This document shows positions 1 to 15,374 of a stretch of 64,000 nt of DNA, piece after piece (positions within the stretch are counted from its first letter, which is position 1; each line of letters starts with the position of its first letter). The position numbers and the translations under genes are program-made. The notes below the pieces were generated by a model that saw only the letters and a program-made list of their open reading frames with translations, made no database searches and was not told the origin of the DNA. Source of the stretch: Oikopleura dioica (Eukaryota > Animalia > Chordata); contig OU015569.1 in NCBI GenBank assembly GCA_907165135.1, forward strand, positions 6,200,001 through 6,264,000, in the 5' to 3' direction.

Positions 1-743
1 TCGTGCATTTCGTCCTGGAGATTCAGCTCGCCGGCCCTTCTTTTTGCCTCAAGGTCCAGACGCTTAGCGCGTTCTTCTAGAGTCTCTTCGCCTTCTTCTT
101 CTTCCTTGATACCGCCAGACTCACGATTCATAATGGCCCTAAACGAAACAGTTTAAAATCGAAATTGAGGAGACAAAATAATCCATTGAACAGTCGACTT
201 ACATTTCACTCAAACTATTCTGCTGCTCGAAGAGATCTTGCTCATTCGTGGGGACGAAGCGGTTCGGATTAACAGCTATTGCACGCCTTGATGCCAAATG
301 ATCTGGGTCAATATTAGGAAGAGAAGCTATTTCCGGAATTCTTGGTTGTGGGAGTGGCTGGATACCACGTGGGAGAAGGTTTGATATGCCAAAACTCAAG
401 CTCCCCCAAGTATTCTGTACTTCAGAGCAGAAAAAGGCGATACGTTGGAAGTCAGCCCTGTTCGGCTCGTTTCCTCTGGAAATACGGGCGGCAACATTGG
501 CGCACTGAACCATCAGGCTGAAAATAATGAGAAATTTGAAAATCGACGAATTGCTTACTCGGCAATGCTGCAACCGTGTCTCTGCATGAGCTCGTTGATG
601 GACCGACCAGCCCTTGAGGGGATCTGCTGGTCTCCCATTTTCCAATCTAAATAAAGTAAATTAAATGTGAAGTTTTGATAAAAAGTAAAACCCTCCACCT
701 CACTAGAGAGCGAAGGATCGGTAAGGGAGACTTTTACGATCAT
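1..743 (-). CDS. Hypothetical spliced protein (3' part runs off the left edge)
   Basis: ATG at 743 (MIVKVSLTDPSLSSEVE). GT-AG introns join it in frame to DWKMGDQQIPSR...CSIA and LMVQCANV...EQQNSLSE, then to an acidic/charged exon near 1-140. A probable 5'UTR exon ends at a GT donor near 836, with a GC/CCAAT-rich promoter at 977-1040. No family recognised. Confidence 0.6.
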
Positions 744-1813
744 TTTCAAGACAATCTCGAATAAAAAATTTCTCTCGAGGAAAGAGTGGCTTGATGAAAT
801 CTTTCTCAGAAGTTCTGATTTTTAGCTGAAACTTACCTATCCGCTGCGACAGAAGATGCGAGAGGCTTCTCTGGACTGCTGCAAGACAAAATTCTCTTCC
901 TTTACCGACAGAATCAGATTACTAAGGTGACTAGAACTCCGTTCGCGAAAGCGAAGTAAAACGATTCTTACTGGCGCTTGATTGGACGAGCGCCGCAGCG
1001 AATAGAAATTCGAGGAGAAACGCGCAGCAGCACGCTGCTCGGCTTTCCTACGCGGAGATTCCTCCCAGCACGCCATCTCCCGAAATTCTCATAAAACTCA
1101 CTACTTCCCAAAACTCCATGCGGTCTCATTAGAATAGAATATTATTCATCCTCTGATCTAAACCTATCTGAAAGAATCGAGGACGAGATTCTTCTCACAA
1201 CGAATCCATGAATACGTACATTTCCTGCTGCTAACATTGTAGACTAAGAATCAGTTAATCTGACAATGGACAACTCAGCTTGTACTGCTTGTCGAAATTA
1301 GGCCCTGATTATAATGCTTTCTTTTCGAAATCGTCTTTTTGCTTTCTTTAGTAGTTCATCCTGCATAAATACAAATTTAAGACACCAGGAAAGTATATTT
1401 TAGGATTAATACTTTCCAAAAGACTTGACCTCAACAATAATCTTTATTTATTGGAAGATTTTGCTCAATAAGCTCATAAATATATAAAAAAGAACCCCGA
1501 TAAATTCACCAAAAGTTAAAGAATGAGAGGAGGTTCATTGACAGAAATAAGGTTGAACTATTACGAGCTTCAGGCAGCATTCTTTTTGCTCATTTAAATT
1601 AATCCCTAAACCAGAAGATAGTTAGGACTTTTGCTACGGTTTGTTTAAAAAATATATGTTATCGCGAAGTACAGTAAAAATGCTTCGTAGTCACCAAGTC
1701 GTCATTTTTTTTGAATTGCTGTTTTGTATGTTTCGTAACGATGTTTTACTTTTTCTCAGCTTTAGGTTTGGTTGTTTTTCGTTTGTTTCAAGAGTATTAT
1801 TTCTCTATCAAAA

Positions 1814-4655
1814 TCAACCAGTCCCTTCAGCCTCATTGGCAGCTGGCTTCTCCTTCTTTTCTCCCCTGAATTCGTGTTCGGCTTTGAGGGCTCGTTTTTT
1901 GTGTAGCCGGACGAGCTCTTCGACGACGAAGTCAACATCGAGGACGCCGTGTTGCTGCGCATCTCTAGTTCGCACGGCGCAAGTTCCGGCTTCAAGCTCT
2001 TTGTCTCCAACGACGAGAATGAAGTTCCACTGCTCCAACTGGGCTCGTCGGATTCGGTAGTTAAAGGTGTCTGAAATTTAGTTAGAAAGCAAATATCATA
2101 TTTCGTTGCAAAATAAGGATAATATAATGGTAAGAATATACGGAGAATAAAAAGAAGGGGAAAACACATGAGTAAATAAGATTCTGATATTTCTTATAAT
2201 AAGAATATAGAAACTGACCGACGCAGTCTGCATCCGCTTCTGCTTCGATTCCAGCATCGAAGAGCTTGGTAGCGATGCTCTGGGCGAACTGCATTTGAGA
2301 TTTTCCGATTGGGACGACTTTGACTTGTCTGGGGCTGAGCCAGAAGGGCCATTTGCCGCCGAAAGATTCTGTAAGAATGGCGACGCATCGCTCGATTGAA
2401 CCCAAAATTGCGCGGTGGATCATTACGGGCGTCTCTTCCTTGTTGTCGCGCACGAACTTGAGCTTGAATCGCTGCGGCAGTTGGAAGTCGAGCTGAATAG
2501 TGGCGAGCTGGTGTCTTCGTTTCAACGCGTCGAGGATTTTTATATCGATCTTTGGTCCGTAGAAGGCTCCATCGCCGGGATTGAGCTCCCACTTTGTGTC
2601 GTTCGCAGTGCAGAAAGTGTTCAGAGCGTTCGTGAGCATACTCTCAGCTTGATTCCACTCAGCCACTTCTCCCAAAAACTTCTCTGGTCGGGTCGATAGG
2701 TTAAGTTCGAAGGTAAATCCAAATGTGTCGTACACAAATTTAAAGAATTCAAGAGCACCGGTGATTTCATCTTCAATCTGCTCACGGGCGCAGAAAATAT
2801 GAGCGTCATCTAAGGAGATTTTTAAAAGGTGTCTCGCTACGCGCTAAAGTGGCCTACCTTGCTGGAAGCGTCTAACTCTTGTAAGGCCAGATAGTGCGCC
2901 AGACAATTCATTTCGGTGGAGAACACCAAAGTCAGCGAATCGAAGGGGAAGCTCTTTGTAACTTCTGAGTCGAGAGCCGAACATGACACAGTGGCCGGGG
3001 CAGTTCATTGGCTTCATTGCCCATTTGTCTTCCTCGACCTTGAATGTAAACATGTCATCTTCGTAGTGTTGCCAATGGCCTGACGTTTTCCAAAGCTCTG
3101 AGTTGAAGATGTTTGGTGTGACGACCTCTTTAAATCCTCGCTTTCGGTACTCGCTTCGAATGAAATCCTAAAAGAATATATACAGTAGATAAATATGGCT
3201 TCTTACTTGGAGTCGGTTATAAATGATAGCACCGCGGGGGAGCCAGAAACAGGAGCCGGCGGAAACCGGGTCGAAAGTCCAAAGCTCTTGCTGAACTCCG
3301 ATTCTTCTGTGGTCTCGCTTTTTCGCCTCTTCCTGGAAAGTAACCCACTCGGTGAGCTGCTTCTTATCTGGGAAAGTGATACCATAAACTCGTTGAAGTG
3401 ACTCCTGATCGGCTTTTCCTTCCCAGTATGTTGCGCTCGTTTTGTAGAGCCTATAATCAGTGACATGCGTTTTCAATCAAAACTTACTTGCAAGCCTTCG
3501 CTTTCCCGGTATGTGGAAGGTGAGGACCTCGACACATATCGATCAGATTACCACATCTGTAAACAGTCGTGTCGCCAATATTTTTCTCTTCGATCAGACG
3601 TTGTTTGAAAGGATTATGCTTGAACATATCAATGAGCTGTTGCTTTGTGACATTAAGTCGCTGGAAAGGCTGCTTTTCTTTCATCATTTGGTAGTAAAGC
3701 TTCTCAAGCTTGGGCATATCTGCTTCGGAACTAATAGTATTGTTGCCCATCCACATATCGTAGTAAAATCCGTCTTCGATGTCGGGACCGTAGCAGAGAG
3801 CACCGCCAAAATATCGCTCCATACACTCACCCAAAATATGAGCACTAAAATAAAATTAAGAAGAAACGGTAAATATGTTATAGTTTACCTCGAGTGCCAG
3901 TAAGTTTCTTTACCTTCCTTATCCGAAAACTTGAGTAAGGAAAGAGTGCAATCGCCCTCTAACCGTCTGGTCAAATCCCAAACTTGATCGTTGACCTTGG
4001 CACAAACGACAACATTAGCAAGACCGGAAGAGATTGATTTCGCAATGTCAAGAGGAGTTGTTTCCCACGATGTTCCTTCCTTGACTGCTCCATCTGGAAG
4101 CGTGATTTTGATCGGATTCTTTGGCATTGCGGCGATTCGTTCTTCTTGGGCGGCAAAGAGCTCGTCGAACATCTTCATTCGGTGGGCAACATAGACTGGG
4201 TCCTCTAAACATAGATTTGAGTTTTTGTTTATATAAACAACTAGAGAGAGACGATTTTTTAAAGTAACAAACCTTTCATTTGTCCGGTTTTCGCATCACG
4301 CTGGACACCTTTCGCTGGGAGGAAATCAAAATTAACATCCTTCGAGTGGCAGGATCCGCTTGCACATTGAGCTGCAGGGGCCGCTGGTGTAGCAGCAGCC
4401 TCCGGTGCGGCTTTTTTCTCTTGCTTCTGATCGCCACCCATCTCGAATTTCACTTGTTTGTACCATCGCATCAGATGGGGGTGTTGCACCGGCGCTCCAT
4501 CAAATTTCTTGAGCGCGTCTAAAATCAATAATCAGTTGCTTTTGAAAAGTAAAGCGGCACTTGCCTTTGTCCGCTTGGGAAATTTGGTAGCCATTGAGGA
4601 ACGGAAGCTTCGAGAGCTTTTCGTTCAGCTCGTTGAGCTCTTGAGCCGATGCCAT
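1814..4655 (-). CDS. TARS1: Cytosolic threonyl-tRNA synthetase with N-terminal eEF1B/GST-C-like extension
   Basis: TGS domain ([28 protein letters not shown]), editing domain ([12 protein letters not shown]), motif regions [66 protein letters not shown], and the anticodon-binding domain. Exons join in frame across short introns. The ATG at 4655 follows a TTTAG acceptor. Confidence 0.97.
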
Positions 4656-5296
4656 TGAATCTAAATTGTGCAGCGTTAGCTTGAGTTTCTTTCCGATCCC
4701 TAAATCTAGGTAACAGGTTGATGCTATTGGCTAACCTTTGTCTTTTGGGCTGAAACGCAATATATGTGATATTTGCAGTGGGCGAATCGAGGCCTAAACT
4801 AAAGGTTAGCCAATTTTTCCCTTTCTTTGTCACTCAGCCTATTCCTCCTTTCCTTAGCTATTATATTAAACTTTTTACCCGTTAGCCACGAGTATTTACT
4901 TTTAGAATAACGCGTGTAGACACCAGGTGCTGAGCCTTGAACAAAGAAGGGCTCATTATCGCATTTTAAACGAGAACAACTAGAAATTCGGCGTTGAAAA
5001 TAACTGTAACATGTGAATATTTATTTTGTTTCTTTTGATTGAATTTAACTAAGTTTCACTGTTTATGATTGAAGCTGAATTGGTTCTTGAACTTATAAGA
5101 TGACACAGAGAGAATTAAGATTCATGGGATTACTCGTTGAACGTAAAAACGCAGTCAGACAGTAATTCTTATTGCAGTAAAGGTTTTTATCAAATGTTGT
5201 AAATCCATGGAGGAATCAAGAAAGCAGTAAAAGCAAGTTGAAATAGTCGCCGCGGTGCCCATTTGAATCTATCCTGCAAGAAGGCAAGTTCTTTTT

Positions 5297-5343
5297 GTCG
5301 GAAAAAATGCGCCGGCAATTTAGGTTTAACATAATTTCGTCAT
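5297..5343 (-). promoter_or_regulatory. Candidate SECIS element in the TGR 3'UTR
   Basis: The minus strand reads ATGA-cgaaattatgtt-AAA-cctaaattgccggcgcattttttcc-GA, which fits the AUGA-N12-AA-N~25-GA consensus. The helix II arms pair (gaaattatgt / gcattttttc, with two U-U mismatches). It lies about 190 nt downstream of the in-frame UGA. Confidence 0.7.
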
Positions 5344-5506
5344 AGGTTCGACTGAAGACTTACTGACAAACAGGTCATGTCTAACACGTCGAAAAAGAAC
5401 GAGCCCACTGCGAATGGACAACGACTGATGAAAGTATGCGACTTAGAACAAATGTGCAAAAAAGCAGACAGATCTTAATATTTGTTCATTTTCATCAGAT
5501 TTGAAC

Positions 5507-5530
5507 GCCCGTTAGCTTAAACTAACGGGC
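5507..5530 (-). promoter_or_regulatory. Perfect 9-bp hairpin immediately after the TGR stop codon
   Basis: gcccgttag-tttaag-ctaacgggc, beginning 6 nt after the Sec UGA (TGA GGA TAA then the stem). Confidence 0.6.
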
Positions 5531-8019
<2,489 letters not shown>

Positions 8020-8293
8020 TCTAAACATATAAATTTGAAGGATGGTGGCCATTGCGTGATGAGATTGGTGTTACTCATTGTGTTGAAATTGAAAGAGGAA
8101 TCGAACTTTGTGGAAATTGGAATTAGCGAATGTGCGGAACAGCTCGGAAAGGCAGCTCAAGTGGCAATGATAAAAGGAAATGGAAGAAGAATTCTCGTTG
8201 GTTTGATGCTCAATTGTGAAATAGTGAAAGATAGATAAATATCAATAGTGATTTGTCATCGGAAGAAGGTCTTTTCAGTTTTATACAAATATA

Positions 8294-11200
8294 TTAGTCA
8301 GTGATTGAACATTCGACAAGCAAAGCTGCGAGTTCGATAGGCTTTTGAAAGGTATTCTTAGCTAACTTGTAGGAATTCAATTGATTGGACTAGCTAAATT
8401 TTAAGAAATGCTTAAAAATATACCCTTGCCTCTGAGTAAATGTTCATAAGCGGAACGGATCGTATTCCTTGCCGGAGCCCCTTCACAGGAAAGACAGCTA
8501 CAGCTTTGACAAGGCTTTCCCCGAACGGATCTGGTGAGGAAATAACGAATCGAAGGAACGCTAAGTCCGGGTTATGAATCGTGAGTTTCAGTTCTTTCCA
8601 ATCAAATACAGGGTTGAGGGTGTTAGCTCCTTCTTGCTAAAATTAGCCAAGGATAAGCGAAAGTAAAATATTAATCCCCACCTTAAATCGATGCTTTTGC
8701 TTGTCCGCGTCTATTCCCCAGATTTCAACGCCGTACTCAATGTTTGAGGTATTAAGACTTTGATACGTTTTCCCCAGTCCGAAGATATTCCGTCCACCAA
8801 GGATTCTAAGCTTTATTATCTGCGGATTCAGTTTGCCATAGTGGTTCGATGTTCGTTGTATTGTCTTTATGTCTTCGTAGTCTTGTTTAGAGCATGGATT
8901 GTAAGAAACAGGGATACGCACTGTGCCTTTCTCTCCAGCACCCATAGAGCTCGACAACAGGTAGTCAGGTTTGAGGACGTATCCACATCCTTGCCTCTGT
9001 GCGAATTTCGCCTATTACAAACATGGCTTTTGAACCTCTAGAAATAATTGCTTACATGATTGAGTTGCATGGCCAAATCGGGTGTTTGAAAATTAAGAGC
9101 GACCATTTGCACGCCGGCATTCCAACAAGGGATTGGATTGTAGTTTTCCGAATGTATTCGTGCTCCTTTCGGGTAGGTTCTGCTTATCTGGTAGGTGTTG
9201 TAATCGAGGAAACTGGTGATGTAAGACTCTTGCAGGTACTTTTGGATCTTAGACTCGCCGATTGAACTCATCTGGCGGAACTCCCGCTTTTCGTTCGGAA
9301 GGAGGAACTCTTCACTCCACGTTGTCGCTTGGCAGTATACGACGAGATCAGAGAGGTTTCTAGACAAACGAAGCATCTTAGGAGGCGGTTCTGACTGATG
9401 ATTGAGTGTACTCTGCTGACTCCTGTCCATAAATACAGTCAGCGCTTGGAACAAGTCCACAATTACTGTAAAAAATTGTTAAACGCCTTGTTAGAACAGT
9501 CATACGCAACTAACCTGCGTCTCCTTCTTTTTGGTTACTCTTTCCTATTCTCATTGATTTCCGATTTGCAGCATCTCTGATCGTAATAACCTGGTCAGAA
9601 GTTTGAGTAATTTCAAACGATGTGGAAAGTGTTATTTTTCCATCGTTAGCTCCTTTCAACATATCTTCTTCCTCATCTTCTTGATCGCAAACTTGGACAT
9701 AGTTAGCAGGAAACCAGCCTGAATTTATTGATTGACCAATGCATAATTCCCGATAACTGATTACCCGAGATACCGGTATTTGGATTTTTTCCAAACCACC
9801 AGTCTTTTTGGCGCTGTTCAACGTCGATGATCTTGTCGCCCGTATTGATAGATAACTCGTTGTGGTCGTCAGCCTCGTATTTGTGCAGGGCATGAACTTG
9901 AAGGCGGGAAGTGTGATCGACGTATTCCTCTCCATTATGGTCTCCTATCTCTTGAGATGTGACACGATTGACGAGCGCCCGCTCGACTGGCTCACCTAGC
10001 TCCACTCCTGAACATTTGTTTTAAGCTCACGAGGCCACAACGCTCGAGAAAACACTAGAACACTCAAAGCGCACACTAAAATGAAACAAAGGGCGTCTGA
10101 GACGTTGCGTTTTATTCACCTGACTCACAAAAGCAAACAATTAAAGTTCGTTTGCCTTCGCGAAATTCAGGAAGTGACTTATATCATTTCATTTTATAAG
10201 TTCAAAATATTAGCTGTTTTTGGTGGATTACCTTTATAAAAAGCATTTCTTCTATAGTACTCTACAAGCGCCACAAGCGAGGGAAATATCAACGAGTCCC
10301 CGAATCTGAAGGCTTGAGTTTCCTCGTCAAATATTTTCGTTATTTTGCCGTGTTTGACAGATACAGGCCCATCTCGATCGCTTCTGAAGCTGATAGCAAA
10401 CTCTTTGTCCGTTTTTTGGCGGATCAAGAAGCTTGCGTCGGTGACAGAGTCATCTCTTAACGCGCGAGCCGCATCATCACGTGAAATGTTCTGGTAGAAC
10501 CAGATCATTCGTAGATGCTGCTCCGGCACACAAACAGGATGTAGAAGGCGCAAATCGGTTTTGATCGGACAGTTTTGGTAATGCTCGATTAGTATTTCTA
10601 AACTGTCGCAAAGGGGATGATCGGAGCTGTTGTCATCCAAAAAGTAGTACGGCTCCGGTCGATCTCTGTTTACTCGTTCGCAAAATTTATTCCCTGACAT
10701 CCAAAAATAATCCGCTGGAGTTATAAGTGATAAGTTTTGACTGAATAAAATAATCAAATGACGTCAGAGCGGCGAAAACTTGGAACGGTTCCTGTAATCC
10801 TTGTGAATTCTGATGTTAACGATTTTGTTTTTGTGATAGATACAAAGAGTTGAATCTGGCTTGAATCTATTCGAGTCACGAACTAGCCATGATCCTTCCC
10901 GGCCTTCGGACTGAAGAAGCTCGTCCGTCCTCGTTCTGCTGATGTTTCCATGATACCAACTTTTGCTCTGCGTTGATTCGTCTGTCTTTTTCGAGTTCGG
11001 CGACGCAATGGGACTCGCTGAAGATGCATCGTCGAGCATACTCTCCTCGCCATTTAAGTGGGAATCAGGATCTGGGATTTTAGAAAACTGAAGCTCGCCA
11101 GTGTTTGAAAACAGATTCGCGAATTTGGGGTGATGTCGACCGTCTGCACTGATGACGTTGACTAATCCTTGGAAAGAAGAAGTTTCGTGCTCGTCATTGT

Positions 11201-13018
11201 CGTCTTTTATCTGATCATCCTTATCCGAGCTCTTGAGCTTTCTGTTTTTGATGAGTATCTTGTTCCTTAGACCAGTTTTACGGCACTTTCGGATCGTAAA
11301 AATCTACCTGAGCATCCATGGCGACGGAAGTTGCTCCTCGTTCTCATCTACAACTTCTTTGAGTAGTTTGTCCTTGAAAAGTGTTTTAAACAAGTGTGCC
11401 ATCATGTCTTGCTGCTCTATGTTGCAGTGGTTCTCGATAGAGAGTGTCAGTGGAAGATTAGTGGTGGAAAACGCGTGCTCAGCGATAGCTTCAAGAACAT
11501 CTTTCAAGGGTACAGCAGAAGTCATGGTATGGCCGTGCAAGATCTCCGGGGAGCCGTTTTTGCCGTTCCAGCAGTCAAGTTCGATGCATCTGCAGCCCTG
11601 CCGAAGAGCGCGGACGTAGCATTCAACCGAGCTCATCGAAGAGTATTGATTCCCTAACGAGTCAATAAGATGATTTATAAAAAAAGCCAAGAACAACCTG
11701 TAAGGTAAGTATTATGAGACGAATTAATCCAGTAATGGCTGAACGGAGCGGAGAGGTACTTTTCGCCGGGCTCTTCATTCACAAACTCGGGGTTCAGTAT
11801 CGAGTTGTGCTCGGAGAACAAGAAAAGGGCGAACGTGTGATGCGAAATAAATTTGCCTTCGTTTTCTTCCGCTATTAGTTGAAAAAGTCGCTCGGTTTCG
11901 TCAACCTCTGTTCCAAAGATTGAACTGAATGTTTCCCGGCTGACCATGGCTTCGCCCTTGAGCGCCTGGTCAATCGGTTTTATTTTGCCGAAGATAGAGT
12001 GGTCTTCTGCGAACTGATACTCATGCTTCGAAAGTAGAAGGTTACCGAAGCTGTTTTTGTTGTAGCCTTTTTTTGAATCGAACTCAAATGTGAGTGAGGA
12101 GCGTTTTGACTTGTCCATTCGATCCCCACGGTTTTTGAAGTAGTTTATCAGAGTAGACGGGTTTTTGATAGACTCAGATATTGGGATGTCGATTTTAGAC
12201 AGTACAACATCAATTAGTACTAACACTGTTTTCGCAGCTAGCCAAGAATAATCCATATTTGATGATATTTTTAACAAGAATAGCGCTACTGTACAATCAA
12301 CTGATCATTCTAAGAAACCACCGAAAATGTGGATCTTATCTTCATCCCTACTCGTAAAGCTTGTTTTCCCCTAAATTGAAGCTTCTTCCTCCTGTAGCTG
12401 CTAATGAGAGCTCTCTAAATACATCAGATCGTGAAACACGCTTCCAGTGGTGAAAGAGTACCTCTCAATAACTCGATCGACACGCCTAAGGAACCATTCG
12501 TCTTGCATCTCCTTGACGACTTCCTGCAATCCAGTGACCCATTCTTTAGCGACATTCTCGCCACACTGGGAGTAAAGAACGGTCAGATTGAGATTAAACT
12601 CGTCGCCGTGGTAGATGCTGAAGCAGGATGCTTTGGGCACTTTTATCATACGAAGACGATGCTTGTACCGAATTTCGACGATCTGTAGCAGATCTATGTA
12701 CCCTTCTTCTACAGTGGTGCTCCGTTCGTTCCGCCAGTAAAGGAAGCCCTTCGTCCAGCTGACATTAAACTGCCTAGTAGGAAAGCCGCCTGCCTGCAAG
12801 TCATTCACGTGCTTCGAATTGATGCGCGAGTTTTTAACAATGCCGAGGTTGTAAAACGCCGACTTTTGGAGGAGCAATTTGCTGCGCAAGTCGCAACTGC
12901 TCTCTGAAACGGCTTTCACGGGACTTCCATTTTCTGCATTTGAGCAATCGGGGTGATAACGAGATGCGCGACGGCGCCATTTCTCCGGGAAACCTTCTGT
13001 TTCACCTGATGACGTCAT
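8294..13018 (-). CDS. PLCG: Phospholipase C gamma
   Basis: Domain order is PH, EF-like, X box ([34 protein letters not shown]), two SH2 (WYHGNISR...; WFYQNISR...FLIRQK), SH3 ([14 protein letters not shown]...DWWFG...WFPANYV), Y box ([27 protein letters not shown]) and C2. A Tyr in the cSH2-SH3 linker (GEEYVD) is positioned like the regulatory Tyr of vertebrate PLCG. Confidence 0.93.
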
Positions 13019-13603
13019 ATCCGATTATCATTCTATTTATAAGCCATATTAGACTTTTTCTCATAACAACCTGTCATAAATTTTTTATCGAATAAGAGAT
13101 CTTTATTTGATTTTTCAAAATTAAATTACGCATAGCACGGTTTTCAGTGAGTTTTTTCACTGAAAAGAGGATGGCGCGTATTTTGCGGGTTGGTTATTCG
13201 TGCATGGATAATGTTTTTATTCTCGAAATCATCTCGTGAGTTTTTCCAGTTTGTCTAGATTTGGTTCATTCCTAAAGTGATCTTTTTGAGCCGCGCGCTC
13301 TCATTGGGCGCGTTATTGGCTCAAAGCCTAACTGAGAATCTAACCAGAAGAACTCGTCGAAGAAAGTCGAAAATTCAGCTCAGCTAATTTCAGAGCCGCC
13401 TTCGGCCAAGGAAGACAGAATCAGAAGACGTCACTCAATCTAAAAAGAACTCACAAATTGGGAATAAAAAAAATTTTGAAGAAAAGCTTTTCCAGGTAAA
13501 ATGTCAATCTCAGCTATTTCTTTCATTTTAAATTTCATTTCAAAATTTCACTTCGAAATAAAAATTATTTTTAGAAAGAAGAGAGCCAATTTAACTCGTG
13601 GTG

Positions 13604-14370
13604 ATGGCGTCCCCATCCCCAGGAAAGAAACGGATGGACACTGATGTCATGAAACTGATAGAAAGTCGTCACGAAGTAAGAAAACACCATTTTAATTAAG
13701 CTTTATCGAGTTCACAAGGTTAATCTAATTGGAGACAGTCTCAACTGCTTCCAGGTAAAATTCTGTGGCCCAAGTGACAGTCCATACGAAGGCGGCGTCT
13801 GGAGAATCCGCGTCGAGCTGCCCGAGAAATATCCTTTCAAGTCGCCAAGGTAATCTTTCAAAAGCCCACCTCAGAAACAAAAAACGCGTTTTAGCATCGG
13901 CTTCCTGAACAAAATCTTTCATCCGAATATCGATTTGGGCTCGGGCTCCGTCTGTCTTGATGTCATAAATCAAGTAAGTGGAGAAGCACCATTCTTTTCC
14001 ACTGCCAATTAGTTGTGTTCGAAATTAACTTTATGAATCTAGACGTGGACGCCTTTATACGACCTATCAAATATATTCGACACATTCCTGCCGCAACTGC
14101 TGATGTACCCCAACCCTCACGACCCTTTAAACGGAGACGCTGCAGGATTGTGTAAGTGAAAAATTCGTGCGCCAGACGCGTGTATATTTTGTCTCAGACC
14201 TGCACCAACCAGAAGAGTACAAAAAACGAGTCCGAGACTACGTAAGTCGGTACGCAATGGAAATGGGCGCCACAGGCGACGGAAACGGGGCGGGTGACGA
14301 CGATGATGATGAATCTTCGATAAGTGAGTGCTCATTTGACGGCGATGACAACATGGAGATGGAAATGTGA
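13604..14370 (+). CDS. UBE2H: Ubiquitin-conjugating enzyme E2 H
   Basis: Spliced translation [128 protein letters not shown], with an acidic tail. This closely follows UBE2H. Confidence 0.96.
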
Positions 14371-14900
14371 ATAACTTCTATGCGCAGAAAGAACCAAAAA
14401 TATTGTCCAGGTAAATTTACAATTTTGTGAAGCAAAGATTCCAAGCTCTATCTTCAGAAATCAGACGCGGGTTCGTCGAAGACAACCTATCAAACCAACT
14501 TTACTAACTATCAACAATCATAGTACAACAACAATGTCAATATCAAATCGAGGGAAGGAATATTACCGTCAAATGATACATTTTTATACTTTTCTTTTCC
14601 TCGCTCTTTATTCAGTTTAATAAAATGCGTAAATATGACTCCATTCCAGTTGTATCTTACAGTCATCTATGATATAATACTTATATAAAAAAATTTTAAA
14701 AGGCCAAAGACTGAATGCATAAAAAAACAAAAAGATTGAAAGGAAGTTCTCGACTATCACTAGCCAGCCTCTTAGTGAATTAGACGAGTTATCCTCCATG
14801 TTTAGGCCTCGGACGTAAAAACAAACGATTTTATCCATCCGGTAGTAGGCTCATTCAGAAGCTCTGGGCCCTCCCTCCCTGTTTCGAGTTATTTGAGTTT

Positions 14901-14922
14901 CTCCGGACTCCGGAGTCCGGAG
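14901..14922. repeat. Perfect 22-bp palindrome
   Basis: ctccggactccggagtccggag equals its own reverse complement and contains three TCCGGA hexamers. Confidence 0.9.
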
Positions 14923-15374
14923 AGGATCCGAAAAACGAATATTGAATGCTCCGAAATCGACAGCAATTGTCAAAAAGAAAGCTCTTTTCAAGAGCTTCTG
15001 AATGAGCCTACTTTTGTCCCTGTACGATGACCGGATGATCGTGTTGGCCCAACACTGTTGGGTTTAACGTCCGAAGCCTGTCCATGTTTTTCAATAGAAC
15101 TAAGTAATTTGCGTAAGATTCCGTAAATGGCACTTCTTCTATAGATGCAGAAGCCGAATTCTAATTTTAGTAAATAGCATCTTTCTCTCACATCATTCTC
15201 ACGCGTAGAAAACACTACTATATTTTTCCTGAAATGATTTTTTTGCAAAAGTTATCAATGGACAACACATAACTTTTGGGGGATATCTTTGTTGCACGCG
15301 AGTATTGAGTCAACTCATCAGATTATACAGATTCATAGTCCACGTCAAAACAGTATCAAATTTTGATCATTTTT

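Noticed and set aside
837-1076. 79-aa ORF as a coding exon
   Set aside because: It overlaps the GC/CCAAT promoter-like tract and ends in a stop just before a donor; it is better explained as promoter plus 5'UTR.
5425-5498. Long stem-loop in the TGR 3'UTR as the SECIS
   Set aside because: The pairing is real (ctgatgaaa/tttcatcag, aacaaat/atttgtt), but there is no 3' GA to form the kink-turn quartet. The 5297-5343 candidate fits better.
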